From positions 96,001 through 160,000 of the forward strand of contig CAVSPA010000007.1 of the NCBI GenBank assembly GCA_963729715.1: DNA of 64,000 nt. Direction: 5' to 3'. Source of the DNA: an uncultured delta proteobacterium (lineage in GTDB: Bacteria > Desulfobacterota > Syntrophia > Syntrophales > UBA2185). Below the pieces are notes generated by a model. That model saw nothing but the letters and a program-made list of their open reading frames with translations. It had not been told where the DNA came from and made no database searches. Position 1 is the first letter of the stretch, and the number at the start of each line of letters is the position of its first letter. Shown one piece after another: positions 1 to 10,060 of this stretch. The position numbers and the translations under genes are program-made.

Positions 1-294
1 GCCCTCTTTGAGTGCCTTAACCGCCGTCTCCACCGAGGCATAGGCAGTCATGATAATGACGGGGATAGCAGGGTTGAGTCTCTTTATCTCCGCAAGGGCC
101 TCTAATCCGGATACCTTGAGCATACGAATGTCCATCAGGATCAGATCAAAAGTTTTCTGCGAAACGGCTTCGACGGCCTTTCCACCGTCGTCGGCTTCGG
201 CAACATCATATCCCCAGCCGCCTAGCAGCGTTTTTAACATAGTCCGATGGGCAAGGTCATCATCCACGACCAAAATAGTATTTTTCGATTTCAT
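1..294 (-). CDS. NtrC-family response regulator, ZraR/HydG-like (N-terminal receiver domain; runs off window start)
   Basis: Manual translation from ATG at 294: MKSKNTILVVDDDLAHRTML...FDLILMDIRM...PVIIMTAYASVETAV. Receiver motifs (VVDD, phospho-Asp in MDIRM, TAY). Directly downstream of a sensor kinase. Confidence 0.85.
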   Translation of the reverse strand, partial: MKSKNTILVVDDDLAHRTMLKTLLGGWGYDVAEADDGGKAVEAVSQKTFDLILMDIRMLKVSGLEALAEIKRLNPAIPVIIMTAYASVETAVKALKEG

Positions 295-352
295 ATATTT
301 CTCACCAATGTCTTCTCTTGAGTTCAAGCAGAGCCCTGAACCAGCAAAGTAG

Positions 353-2134
353 TTATGCGCACGTCTCCGATGCCGGGCCGACGGGTAGAAAGATTGACAC
401 CGTGGTTCCCTTCTCAGGTTCACTTGTCACCCGGAGTTCACCGTCGTGGGATTCCATTATTTTATGAACAATGGCAAGCCCGAGACCCGTCCCGGAAGAC
501 CTGGTCGTAAAGTATGGATCAAAGATGCGGGCAAGGTCCTTTTCATTAATACCCTTTCCCGTGTCGGTAACATCGATCCTTACCGCGCGGCCCTCATGCA
601 GCAGAACCGCTACCGTAAGCGTGCCGCCTTTGTCCATGGCTTCGAGGGCATTCAAATACAGATTGAGCAACACCTGTGTGATCTTATCTGAATCAATGAA
701 AATATCCCCTAAATGATCAGGCAAATCTATGCGAACGGCAACATTTTTTGCCTTCGCCTGGCCTTCGATCATTCTTAGCGTATGTCTGATCACCTCCTGA
801 ATAGAAGCCCACTGCTTTTTCATCTCCATCGGTTTTGCAAATTCAAGAAGCTGGCCGATAACCCGGTTTAGCCTTTCGACCTCCTGAACCATGATCTCCG
901 CGGTTTTCTGATCCTCAGGATTATCACTGTAGCGCTCTTTGAAAAAAGTGGCAAAGCCTTTGATGGAACTTAAGGGATTCCTTATTTCATGGGCGATCCC
1001 GGCTGCCAGACTTCCCACTGACGCTAGGCGTCGGCTACGCTCCATTTCCTTCTTCAAGTGCTGTACCTCAGTGATGTCCCTGAAAAGTATTACAAAGCCA
1101 AGAAATTTGCCATCCTCTTCTTCGAGGGCTGTGGCAATCACTTCAAGGGAAATTGTCCTGCCGTCTGCAAGAGGGCAATCTATCTCCTCCTCGATTACTT
1201 TTTCTTCAGCTTTCAGGCCTTGCAGTAAGGCCATGCACGGCGGAGGTATGATGCCTTGGGCATTCTTTCCCAGGATATCCGCATGTGAATAGCCGAGGAT
1301 GGATTCGGCGGTCTGGTTAAATGAGATAATTTCCTCCCGGTTATTTATGGCAACGAGGCCGATGGGCATATTTTCCACGAGGCTGTCGGAAAATATTTTT
1401 ATTCTGGAAAAGGAGGTCTTTGCCGAGCGATACCCTTGCGCAAGAAAGAGAGAAATGACTCCCGAACATCCAATCAGAATAAGAATGGCGGCAATCAAGA
1501 CGGTGTGACGTGTATCCTGCTCTCTTGCCGCCATGACCGGCCCCATATCCATCCCGACAAAAATGATGAACCCCGACGATGTTCCCGCTGACTTGTCCGT
1601 TTCACGCGGCGATGGCTGCTTATCTGATTTTGGTCCTTTCATAAATCCCTGAAAAGGTTTCTCTGTCGGAGAAAATTGCCGGTATACTTCAAACGTATCG
1701 GCGCCTTCAGGATTGGGAACTTGCCGCCATTCCACTTGTTTTAAAGCAGCAAGACGTGCGAGATCAAGATCCGTCCCGTACGTTTCCCCGATCATCGAGG
1801 GATCGCTGTCGGCCACGATCGTGCCTTCTGCATCAGTTACGATCAGATGATCGATGTCCGGCTGCTGTGCTGTTTCAATCAACAGCTTCTGGAGCTGAAA
1901 ACTGCTCCATCGCATTCCTATGCCCGTTCTCGCACCCGCTTCAAAAGATCTTATCAGCGCCGCGCCCTTCTCAACCAAGAGCTGTGTGGTATATTCCTTC
2001 TGTTTGTTGATACTCTGGATGGTCAATACGACAAAGACGGGTAAAATAATGACCACGGCTCCGATGATAAACCAGGGCGAAACACCTGCCCAAAATTTCC
2101 TGCCTCTTTCATTAATCTTGTTCTTCATCTTCAT
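353..2134 (-). CDS. Two-component sensor histidine kinase, ZraS/HydH-like (2 TM, periplasmic domain, PAS, HisKA, HATPase)
   Basis: H-box AHEIRNPL, N-box LLNLYLNA, DTGKG and GTGLGL G-boxes. N-terminal LVEKGAALIRSFEAGARTG resembles ZraS. Confidence 0.9.
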   Translation of the reverse strand: MKMKNKINERGRKFWAGVSPWFIIGAVVIILPVFVVLTIQSINKQKEYTTQLLVEKGAALIRSFEAGARTGIGMRWSSFQLQKLLIETAQQPDIDHLIVTDAEGTIVADSDPSMIGETYGTDLDLARLAALKQVEWRQVPNPEGADTFEVYRQFSPTEKPFQGFMKGPKSDKQPSPRETDKSAGTSSGFIIFVGMDMGPVMAAREQDTRHTVLIAAILILIGCSGVISLFLAQGYRSAKTSFSRIKIFSDSLVENMPIGLVAINNREEIISFNQTAESILGYSHADILGKNAQGIIPPPCMALLQGLKAEEKVIEEEIDCPLADGRTISLEVIATALEEEDGKFLGFVILFRDITEVQHLKKEMERSRRLASVGSLAAGIAHEIRNPLSSIKGFATFFKERYSDNPEDQKTAEIMVQEVERLNRVIGQLLEFAKPMEMKKQWASIQEVIRHTLRMIEGQAKAKNVAVRIDLPDHLGDIFIDSDKITQVLLNLYLNALEAMDKGGTLTVAVLLHEGRAVRIDVTDTGKGINEKDLARIFDPYFTTRSSGTGLGLAIVHKIMESHDGELRVTSEPEKGTTVSIFLPVGPASETCA

Positions 2135-2135
2135 C

Positions 2136-2184
2136 TGGATATTTTTTATTCAACTGGATACCATAATCGGATACTTTTTATCCA
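2136..2184. promoter_or_regulatory. Tandem dyad sites, candidate upstream activator sequences for a sigma54 activator
   Basis: TGGATA-N5-TATTCA (2136-2152) and CGGATA-N5-TATCCA (2168-2184), 32 bp apart, 100-150 bp upstream of a sigma54 promoter. Confidence 0.55.
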
Positions 2185-2282
2185 TATTTTTTCTTTAGAG
2201 TACCAGTTACAACACCGGACAAACATAGATGAATGGCTGATACCATTGCTATATAAGCATGTTACATTTGGAGAAATTAATC

Positions 2283-2298
2283 TGGCACAACCCTTGCT
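2283..2298 (+). promoter_or_regulatory. Sigma54 (-24/-12) promoter
   Basis: TGGCAC-aaccc-TTGCT matches the consensus TGGCAC-N5-TTGCW. It lies upstream of the ZraP-like gene, divergent from the zraSR-like pair. Confidence 0.85.
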
Positions 2299-2345
2299 CT
2301 GCATACAAGCAAAAGAGAAAAATATTTTTTAAGGAGAATACGACC

Positions 2346-2840
2346 ATGAAAAAATTAATAATGACATTAGTAACAGTGCTTGTTGTGATGGCTTTATCGG
2401 CTTATGCCTTTGCCTACGGTCCCGGCTCGGGAAGAGGGCGTGGCGGAGATTGCTACGGGTCCGATACATCATTTCTATCCCGGCTTAATCTGACGCCCGA
2501 ACAGACGACAAAGATCAATGCCCTCCGTGAAGCCAATCTGCGGGATACAAAGCCCCTCAGGGACAAGATGTACATCAAGCGCGGTGATCTAAAGCTGCTC
2601 TGGCTGCAAACGAATCCCGACCAGAACAAGATTGCGGCAGCACAGAAAGAGATCAGGACCCTTCGCGATCAAATGCAGGATAAAATGACCGCCTATCGGC
2701 TGGAAGTTCTCAAGGTATTGACGCCCGAACAGCAGGAGCAGGTAAAATCTTTCAAAGTGGGACGCGGTTTTGGCCCCGGCATGAAGGGTGGCCCAGGTAT
2801 GGGCGGAGGTCCAGGCATGGGCAATAGAGGTAACTGGTAA
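2346..2840 (+). CDS. Periplasmic Spy/CpxP/ZraP-family chaperone
   Basis: RBS AAGGAG before ATG 2346 (the ORF track start at 2259 is likely too long). Signal peptide ending AYAFA, two LTPEQ motifs, Gly-rich tails. Confidence 0.85.
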   Translation: MKKLIMTLVTVLVVMALSAYAFAYGPGSGRGRGGDCYGSDTSFLSRLNLTPEQTTKINALREANLRDTKPLRDKMYIKRGDLKLLWLQTNPDQNKIAAAQKEIRTLRDQMQDKMTAYRLEVLKVLTPEQQEQVKSFKVGRGFGPGMKGGPGMGGGPGMGNRGNW

Positions 2841-2856
2841 AAAATTCTTTTCTCGC

Positions 2857-2893
2857 GATCATTCGGGAGGCCGCCTCCACCTCCCGGATGATC
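2857..2893. terminator. Stem-loop between convergent genes
   Basis: GATCATTCGGGAGG...CCTCCCGGATGATC inverted repeat; no strong U tract. Confidence 0.4.
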
Positions 2894-2991
2894 ATCGTAT
2901 CGCCTTCCGGAGTTTCGATACAATCAGTCATTTACAGTCCGCACAGTCTCGATCTTCGCAAAATGTTGCGGCGTCTTCCAAATCTTCTTCC

Positions 2992-4182
2992 TCAGGCAAA
3001 AAGCCCGGCCATCTTCTTTCCATATTCGACGCATGCCCCAATGCTCTCGGAATCCGGATTCCAAAGGATCTTTATTCCTCCGTCAACGACCTCGAAGCCC
3101 GCGGATTGAAGGTTCTCGGAAATAACCTTTACGGATTCGCCGCTCCAGCCGTAGCAGCCAAAGGCCGCTGCTTTCTTGCCTTGGAATTTCAAACCTTTTA
3201 TCTCTTCGAGGAGCGCAGCGACAGCCGTCAGTATGCCCCGGTTTATAGTCGGGGAGCCGACAAGAACGGCCTTTGATTTAAAAATCTCCGTGATCACGTC
3301 ATTCTTGTCCGATTTGGAGAGATTGTACAACTTCACATTTACCTTCTGATCAGATTGCTTAATGCCGGAGGCGATATTTTCCGCCATCACACGGGTGCCG
3401 TTCCACATGGAATCGTAGATGATGGTGATCTGGTTTTCTTTATAGCTGTCGGCCCATTTCAGATACTGCTCGACAATCCGAACGGGGTTATCCCGCCAGA
3501 TGACACCGTGGCTTGTACAGATAATATCCACGGGTAATTTGAAGGATAAGACCTCCTTGATTTTTTTGCCGACGAAAGCGCTGAACGGCGTTAGGATATT
3601 CGCATAATACTTTATGCATTCCTCCATCAGTTCGGCCTGGTCGACGAGATCATTAAACATGAACTCCGTTGCATAGTGCTGGCCAAATGCATCATTGCTG
3701 AACAAAATATTATCGCCCGTCAGGTAGCAAAACATGGTGTCCGGCCAGTGAAGCATCGGCGCTTCCACAAAAATCAATTCCTTTTTCCCCAGACTCAGAC
3801 GGTCGCCTGTTTTTACTGCATGGAAATCCCAATCCTGATGATAGTGACCCTTAAGGGATTTGATACCGTTTGCGGTGCAGTATATGGGCGTACCCGGAAT
3901 ACGGCTCATGAGTTCGGGCAGGGCGCCGCTGTGATCGATCTCCGCATGGTTTGCAATAACATAGTCGATTTTTTTTAGATCAATTATCTGTCGTAGGTTC
4001 TCAACATACTCTTTTGCGAACGGAAGCCATGCCGTGTCGATCAAAGCTACTTTTTCTTCTTCGATGAGATACGAATTATAGGTCGACCCACGATGTGTGG
4101 AATATTCATCCCCATGAAACTTCCTGAGCTCCCAATCGATCTTGCCGACCCATGAAACGTTGCTTTTGACCTGTATTCTCAT
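2992..4182 (-). CDS. fprA: Flavodiiron protein (class A; O2/NO reductase), metallo-beta-lactamase plus flavodoxin domains
   Basis: HAEIDHSG, LHWPD, SNDAFGQH and SHG diiron motifs; flavodoxin SMWNGT and GCYGWSG. Confidence 0.92.
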   Translation of the reverse strand: MRIQVKSNVSWVGKIDWELRKFHGDEYSTHRGSTYNSYLIEEEKVALIDTAWLPFAKEYVENLRQIIDLKKIDYVIANHAEIDHSGALPELMSRIPGTPIYCTANGIKSLKGHYHQDWDFHAVKTGDRLSLGKKELIFVEAPMLHWPDTMFCYLTGDNILFSNDAFGQHYATEFMFNDLVDQAELMEECIKYYANILTPFSAFVGKKIKEVLSFKLPVDIICTSHGVIWRDNPVRIVEQYLKWADSYKENQITIIYDSMWNGTRVMAENIASGIKQSDQKVNVKLYNLSKSDKNDVITEIFKSKAVLVGSPTINRGILTAVAALLEEIKGLKFQGKKAAAFGCYGWSGESVKVISENLQSAGFEVVDGGIKILWNPDSESIGACVEYGKKMAGLFA

Positions 4183-4615
4183 ATTATTCCTCCTTCCTTC
4201 CCTCCTGAATTTTATTCATATAGTTGCCTTAACATTTCCTGGGCCACATGAGCGGACGACCTATCCGTATCGAACGAAAAACAATGACGTTAATCAGCGA
4301 ATGCAATAATTACTACTATAATACCCACATCTATCCCAGAGGTCAAAAATATTTTTGTTGATTTTGCGGTTGCCTATCGAACATATTTCGTCCCATTAAT
4401 ATGGATTGATGTCTTCGATAACCCATCCTCTGTCCAAAGTAAGTTTCTTAATACATTGACTGACGTAGAAATAAGATTATTCAAGAACATAATTGACCGT
4501 TCTCCTTGTAATATGTTAATTTTTGAACATAATATTTTTCTTTTTAAACGACATGTCGTTCTCGTGAAAGTCGAAGATATGATGTCTCAATAAATAGTGA
4601 TGGGGGGGGTTCCAT

Positions 4616-5155
4616 ATGGCAAAATGGATTATCGACACGGATCATACGGTCGCACATTTCACGGTGCGCCACATGATGATAAACGACGTTCACGGTCAGT
4701 TTAATAAAATCTCCGGTTTTGTCAACTTTGACCCATCGCATATTCCCGGTACGTCCATAGAGATCGAGATAGATGCAGCGAGCATTTTCACCGGCATTGA
4801 ACCGAGAGACAACCATCTCCGAAGTTCCGATTTTTTCGATGTGGAAAAGTATCCCCATATTCTTTTCAAGAGCACTGAAATCGAAAATGTCGGAAGCAAC
4901 ATGCTCAAGGTCCATGGACGTCTCACTATTTGCGGCGTGGAGAAGCCCGTTCTTCTTCACGCTCAATTCTTCGGTCCGACCTACTTCACAGACGAAACCG
5001 GTTCGTATACCACTATGGGATTTGCCGCTACGGCTTACCTCCAGCGGGAAGATTTCGGAATGACGTGGAACTACAAATATCCGGGGGGATTTACCGTGGG
5101 GAAACATATCGACATTACCCTGAATGCGGAAGCCGACATGGAAAAAGAAGATTAA
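4616..5155 (+). CDS. YceI-family lipid/polyisoprenoid-binding protein
   Basis: WIIDTDHT.AHFTVRHMM, RDNHLRSSDFFDVEKYP and REDFGMTWN are YceI signatures. Confidence 0.9.
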   Translation: MAKWIIDTDHTVAHFTVRHMMINDVHGQFNKISGFVNFDPSHIPGTSIEIEIDAASIFTGIEPRDNHLRSSDFFDVEKYPHILFKSTEIENVGSNMLKVHGRLTICGVEKPVLLHAQFFGPTYFTDETGSYTTMGFAATAYLQREDFGMTWNYKYPGGFTVGKHIDITLNAEADMEKED

Positions 5156-5232
5156 GAATAACGGCAATCTTTTTAGGATGAAATTTAGAGTAGTTCCTAT
5201 AGTGAATCTTCTTTAGAGAACAGGTAACGCCA

Positions 5233-6294
5233 ATGAAGAGCAACGATGCCAAGAAGTCTTCTGTCAAAATGCGCCGCACCAGTTCCGGCATGTCGATCAT
5301 CCTGAATAGAAAAGAGGCGCTGAACAGTCTCAACCTCGAGATGGTCCGGCTTATAACGGGCCATTTTAACGAAGCGCTTGCAGATGACGAATGCAAGCTT
5401 ATCCTGTTCTACGGTCTTGGTGAAAGAGGATTCTGCGCCGGCGGCGATATCAGGCGCATCGCTCTCGATATGCAGAACAACAACCTGGACGACGTAAACA
5501 AATTTTTCCGAGAGGAATTCCGTCTTGATCTGATGATCCATCGATCTCCCAAACCAGTAATTGTGATCGCCGACGGCATCACCATGGGCGGCGGCCTTGG
5601 CATTGCAGCGGGCGCAGACTGGGTGATCGCGACGGAAAAGACGCGGATGGCCATGCCGGAAACAAGGATCGGTTTTTTCCCCGATGTGGGCGCAACCGGA
5701 TGGATGTACAGCAAGTGTCCGCCCGGCTATCCGGAATACATGGCTCTCACAAGTCATGAATTGAAGGGCAGTGAGTGTGTCCGCGTCGGTTTCGCAACAC
5801 ATTTGACATCCGCAGATAAGGTCAATGATTTGATCAGATCCATCGAAAGCTTCAAGGCAAAGGGCATATCAACCGCGAAGGAACTGCTGGCCCTGCTACT
5901 GAGGAAGATCAAGATCTACTTCTATAGGAATATAGCGCCGAGACCGGACATAGACACATGGGTGGCAGAATATTTTGCAGGACAACCATCCCTGCAAGAG
6001 ATTATCGATTCACTTCAGGCGTGCCCTATCCTTCTTTCTCCCTGTGAAGGCCTGACGTCGGAACTTTCAGAAAGATCCCCCACAGCTCTAACCTTGACGC
6101 TCACGCTGTTGCGCCACAATGAACATCTCCCCATGGGAAAGGTTTATGAGGCGGACTTTCGGGCCATGCAATTTATCGTAAGACACGCTGACTTCCTCGA
6201 AGGTGTTCGGGCCCGGATTATAGATAAGGATGATAAGCCCCGCTGGCACCCCGAAAGTTTTAACGACGTGGACATCTCCAAGTTGCGGCTGTGA
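5233..6294 (+). CDS. Enoyl-CoA hydratase/isomerase family, 3-hydroxyisobutyryl-CoA hydrolase-like
   Basis: FCAGGDI, MGGGLG, MPETRIGFFPDVG and C-terminal DFLEGVRARIIDKDDKPRW. Confidence 0.88.
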   Translation: MKSNDAKKSSVKMRRTSSGMSIILNRKEALNSLNLEMVRLITGHFNEALADDECKLILFYGLGERGFCAGGDIRRIALDMQNNNLDDVNKFFREEFRLDLMIHRSPKPVIVIADGITMGGGLGIAAGADWVIATEKTRMAMPETRIGFFPDVGATGWMYSKCPPGYPEYMALTSHELKGSECVRVGFATHLTSADKVNDLIRSIESFKAKGISTAKELLALLLRKIKIYFYRNIAPRPDIDTWVAEYFAGQPSLQEIIDSLQACPILLSPCEGLTSELSERSPTALTLTLTLLRHNEHLPMGKVYEADFRAMQFIVRHADFLEGVRARIIDKDDKPRWHPESFNDVDISKLRL

Positions 6295-6372
6295 TATAAG
6301 AAAGAGGGTGCTGTGACTTTTCCCTGCGCCGCTTCCGGCTTGTGACTCTTTTTATGCTTTTAAAAAAACGCC

Positions 6373-6401
6373 TTGACATAGTTCCCACTCTGATTTATTC
6401 T
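6373..6401 (+). promoter_or_regulatory. Sigma70 promoter of the leu operon
   Basis: TTGACA (6373-6378), 17 bp spacer, TATTCT (6396-6401). Confidence 0.7.
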
Positions 6402-6442
6402 AAATTCAGTATTAAAAGGATTTTCTGAAAGTGACGTTTGGC

Positions 6443-6547
6443 ATGGAGAAGGCATTGGTTAACTCAAAGAGCAACGCGATCCTGATTCTCGCTCTTCTTC
6501 GCCTTTTGCCCAATGGCAGGCGCCCGTCGTTTTTAGGTAGTCCTTAA
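6443..6547 (+). CDS. Leucine-rich leader peptide (attenuator), MEKALVNSKSNAILILALLRLLPNGRRPSFLGSP; may start at TTG 6455
   Basis: Six Leu codons in nine (6482-6508), directly upstream of a terminator and leuA. GGAG at 6445-6448 precedes the in-frame TTG. Confidence 0.8.
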   Translation: MEKALVNSKSNAILILALLRLLPNGRRPSFLGSP

Positions 6548-6571
6548 GTCAACCGCAAATAGAACGTACCT

Positions 6572-6610
6572 AAAGGCCATGGGCTCCAGAAGCTCATGGC
6601 CTTTTTTATT
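6572..6610 (+). terminator. Attenuator intrinsic terminator upstream of leuA
   Basis: AAGGCCATGGGCT-ccaga-AGCTCATGGCCTT followed by a T tract. Confidence 0.85.
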
Positions 6611-6637
6611 TGTCGATTAGATTGAAGGGAGGGAGAT

Positions 6638-8182
6638 ATGGATACACAGAAAAAGCGGGTATTAATATTCGATACGACGCTCAGGGATGGGGAGCAGTCA
6701 CCAGGGGCAAGCATGAACCTGGATGAAAAACTGCGCATCGCGAGACAACTCGAAAAGCTCGGGGTAGATATCATTGAGGCAGGCTTCCCGATCGCCTCAG
6801 ACGGCGACTTCCTGGCCGTTCAGCAGATCGCCCGTGAGGTTAGAGAGCCGCAGATTGCCGCCTTAGCGAGGGCCAATTCTGCCGATATCGACCGCGCATG
6901 GGAGGCCATCAAGGAGGCGGCTCATCCACGGATCCATACCTTTATTTCGTCGTCCGATATCCATCTCAAGTACCAGCTCAAAAAGACACGAGCCCAGGTT
7001 CTGAAAGAAGCCCGCGCCGCCGTGGCCCGTGCCTGCTCCTACACACCTAATGTGGAGTTCTCTCCCATGGATGCGACGAGAACGGATTGGGATTATCTCT
7101 GTGATATGGTGGAAGCGGTAATCGCAAACGGGGCCACCACCGTGAACATCCCTGACACCGTGGGTTATATAGTGCCCGATGAATTCGGCAGCCTGATCGA
7201 TTATCTCTTTGCGAAAGTCAAAAATATCGGCGAGGCAGTTATCTCTGTTCATTGTCATAACGATCTGGGCCTCGCCGTCGCAAATTCTCTGGCCGCTGTT
7301 AAACACGGCGCACGGCAGGTGGAATGCACAATCAACGGGATCGGAGAAAGGGCCGGGAACGCAGCCATGGAGGAAATCGTCATGGCCCTCGAGACCCGGA
7401 AGGACTTCTTCGGATTTCGCACGGGAATCAAAACGGAAAACATCTACCAGTCATCAAGGCTCTTGACACACATAACAGGCATACCGGTTCAACCGAACAA
7501 GGCGATTGTCGGGGCCAACGCGTTCGCGCACGAATCGGGCATCCACCAGGACGGTTTGATCAAAGAGAAGATCACGTATGAAATTATGACTCCCAAATCC
7601 GTCGGCATCTCCGGAACCCACCTGGTTCTCGGGAAGCATTCAGGCCGTCACGCCGTCTCCGAACACCTCAAGAAAATGGGTTACAAGCTGACCGCAGGTG
7701 AAGTTAAGAAGGTCTTTGTCAGGTTCAAGGAACTGGCCGACGTCAAGAAAGATATCTTTGATGAAGATCTGGAGGCAATTGTATACGAAGAAGTGTATAA
7801 GATTGCCGAGAGGTACAAACTGGTTTATCTGACTGTGATAAGCGGCAACGTGGCCGTACCTACGGCGACCCTGCAGATGGAGGTAGACGGGAAAACCATT
7901 CAGGACGCAGGTTTCGGCGTAGGGCCTGTGGATGCAACTTTCGCTGCCATCAGGAAAATTACCAAAACCAACTACCACCTGCTCAAGTATGTGGTTTCCG
8001 CCATTACCGGAGGCACCGATGCGTTAGGAGAGGTCATGGTGCAGCTCAAGTACAACGGGCGCTCTGTGGCGGGACGCGGCGCCGAGCCGGATGTGATTGT
8101 GGCTTCTGCAAAGGCATATATCAATGCGCTAAACCGTCTCGAGTTTCTCAAAGGGGATGTGAAAAAGGTTAAAGTTGTATAA
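6638..8182 (+). CDS. leuA: 2-isopropylmalate synthase
   Basis: [33 protein letters not shown] and C-terminal regulatory domain GxGPVDA. Confidence 0.95.
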   Translation: MDTQKKRVLIFDTTLRDGEQSPGASMNLDEKLRIARQLEKLGVDIIEAGFPIASDGDFLAVQQIAREVREPQIAALARANSADIDRAWEAIKEAAHPRIHTFISSSDIHLKYQLKKTRAQVLKEARAAVARACSYTPNVEFSPMDATRTDWDYLCDMVEAVIANGATTVNIPDTVGYIVPDEFGSLIDYLFAKVKNIGEAVISVHCHNDLGLAVANSLAAVKHGARQVECTINGIGERAGNAAMEEIVMALETRKDFFGFRTGIKTENIYQSSRLLTHITGIPVQPNKAIVGANAFAHESGIHQDGLIKEKITYEIMTPKSVGISGTHLVLGKHSGRHAVSEHLKKMGYKLTAGEVKKVFVRFKELADVKKDIFDEDLEAIVYEEVYKIAERYKLVYLTVISGNVAVPTATLQMEVDGKTIQDAGFGVGPVDATFAAIRKITKTNYHLLKYVVSAITGGTDALGEVMVQLKYNGRSVAGRGAEPDVIVASAKAYINALNRLEFLKGDVKKVKVV

Positions 8183-8236
8183 AGAAGGATAATGGTGTAA
8201 GGAAATACTCGCAGAAAAAAATGGAGAACTAACACC

Positions 8237-9496
8237 GTGGGAATGACCATCACAGAAAAGATACTGTGCCGCCACACAGATCTCAAAGAGATACATCCGG
8301 GGATGCTGATAAACGCGAGAGTGGATATTACCCTCGGGAATGACATAACGGCACCTATTGCCATCGCGGAATTCCGAAAGGCCGGGGGCATCAAGGTCTT
8401 TGATCGTGATAAGGTGGTGCTCATACCTGACCACTTCACGCCCAATAAAGACATCGATTCGGCCCAGCAGTGTAAGCTCATCAGGGAATTTGCACGGGAG
8501 CAAGGACTAACCCACTACTATGACGTAGGTGAAGTGGGCATTGAGCATGCCCTCCTTCCGGAACAGGGTATCGTTCTCCCCGGAGACTTGGTTATTGGCG
8601 CTGACAGCCATACCTGCACATACGGCGCCCTGGGGGCCTTCGCCACGGGTGTCGGCAGCACCGATCTCGCGGCCGCCATGATGACCGGCGAGGTCTGGTT
8701 CAAGGTCCCTGAGACGATGAAGATCGTCTTTTCCGGCAAGATGAACAAATGGGTTTCCGGCAAGGACCTGATCCTCTATATCATTGGCTCGATTGGCGTC
8801 GATGGCGCTCTTTACAGAGCGATGGAGTTCACCGGTGATACCATAGGGCAGCTCAGCATGGCGGACAGATTAACCATGGCTAACATGGTCATTGAAGCGG
8901 GCGCAAAGAACGGCATCTTCATACCGGACGATATAACGAAGGCTTATGTAACGGAGAGGGCAAAGCGGCCATATAGTTTTTATAACTCTGACCCAGATGC
9001 GCGGTATACCGATGTCATTAATATCGATGTAAGCAGAATCGAGCCCCAGGTGGCATTTCCCCATATACCTTCAAACGTCAGGGGGATCAGCCAGGTAGGC
9101 GATGTGAAAATTGATCAGGTCGTTATCGGGTCTTGCACCAACGGCAGGATAGAAGACCTCCGGATTGCCGCGGGCATTCTCAAAAATAAGAAAGCCGCAC
9201 CCCGTGTCCGTTTGATCATCGTGCCCGCGACACAGGCAATATACAAACAGGCCATTCAGGAAGGTCTCATAGAGATATTTATCGACGCGCATGCGGCGGT
9301 CAGCACGCCCACCTGTGGCGCCTGTCTAGGCGGTCATATGGGCGTGTTAGCGGACGGCGAGAAGGCCGTTTCCACAACGAACAGAAATTTCATCGGGCGC
9401 ATGGGGCATACCGGCAGTGAAGTGTATCTTGCCAGCCCTGCTGTTGCCGCGACATCCGCGGTCTTGGGAAGGATTGCCGGTCCGGAAGAGTTGTAG
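8237..9496 (+). CDS. leuC: 3-isopropylmalate dehydratase large subunit
   Basis: [24 protein letters not shown] and STTNRNF. Confidence 0.95.
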   Translation: MGMTITEKILCRHTDLKEIHPGMLINARVDITLGNDITAPIAIAEFRKAGGIKVFDRDKVVLIPDHFTPNKDIDSAQQCKLIREFAREQGLTHYYDVGEVGIEHALLPEQGIVLPGDLVIGADSHTCTYGALGAFATGVGSTDLAAAMMTGEVWFKVPETMKIVFSGKMNKWVSGKDLILYIIGSIGVDGALYRAMEFTGDTIGQLSMADRLTMANMVIEAGAKNGIFIPDDITKAYVTERAKRPYSFYNSDPDARYTDVINIDVSRIEPQVAFPHIPSNVRGISQVGDVKIDQVVIGSCTNGRIEDLRIAAGILKNKKAAPRVRLIIVPATQAIYKQAIQEGLIEIFIDAHAAVSTPTCGACLGGHMGVLADGEKAVSTTNRNFIGRMGHTGSEVYLASPAVAATSAVLGRIAGPEEL

Positions 9497-9510
9497 AGGG
9501 GTTAAATATT

Positions 9511-10005
9511 ATGAAGTTCAGAGGGAAAGTCTGGAAATTTGGAGATAACGTAGATACCGATGCGATCATCGCTGCCCGCTATTTGGTATCATCCGATCCG
9601 GCGTTTCTCGCCGCGCACTGCATGGAAGACGCCGACCCTGGATTTATGAAAAAAATCAGCGCCGGCGACATCGTTGTGGCAGGGGAGAATTTCGGCTGCG
9701 GCTCATCGCGAGAACACGCGCCTATCGCCATCAAGACCGCCGGGATTTCCTGCGTCGTCGCCAAGAGTTTTGCCCGCATATTTTACCGGAATGCCTTCAA
9801 CATCGGACTGCCAATTTTTGAATCGAGGGATTTGTGGGAGACAGTCTCTGATGGCCAGGAAATCGAGGTGGACGGCGATAATGGAAGCATCAGGATTTTA
9901 GGGAGCGATAGGAGTCCGCTTCGTATAGAGCCCATTCCACCGTTCATGCAACGACTTGTCAGCGACGGCGGCTTGATGAAGCACATCGCAAAGAAAAAAG
10001 CATAA
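9511..10005 (+). CDS. leuD: 3-isopropylmalate dehydratase small subunit
   Basis: [18 protein letters not shown] and SFARIFYRN. Confidence 0.95.
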   Translation: MKFRGKVWKFGDNVDTDAIIAARYLVSSDPAFLAAHCMEDADPGFMKKISAGDIVVAGENFGCGSSREHAPIAIKTAGISCVVAKSFARIFYRNAFNIGLPIFESRDLWETVSDGQEIEVDGDNGSIRILGSDRSPLRIEPIPPFMQRLVSDGGLMKHIAKKKA

Positions 10006-10060
10006 CCGAAGACGCATTCTACAGGCCCGCAGTAAGGAAAGGAATCTCTCATCATCTGTC

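Noticed and set aside
2259..2345. N-terminal extension of the ZraP-like ORF in the ORF track
   Set aside because: It overlaps the sigma54 promoter; the RBS and signal peptide point to ATG 2346.
6420..6610. T-box riboswitch upstream of leuA
   Set aside because: No T-box consensus seen; a Leu-rich leader peptide explains the terminator.
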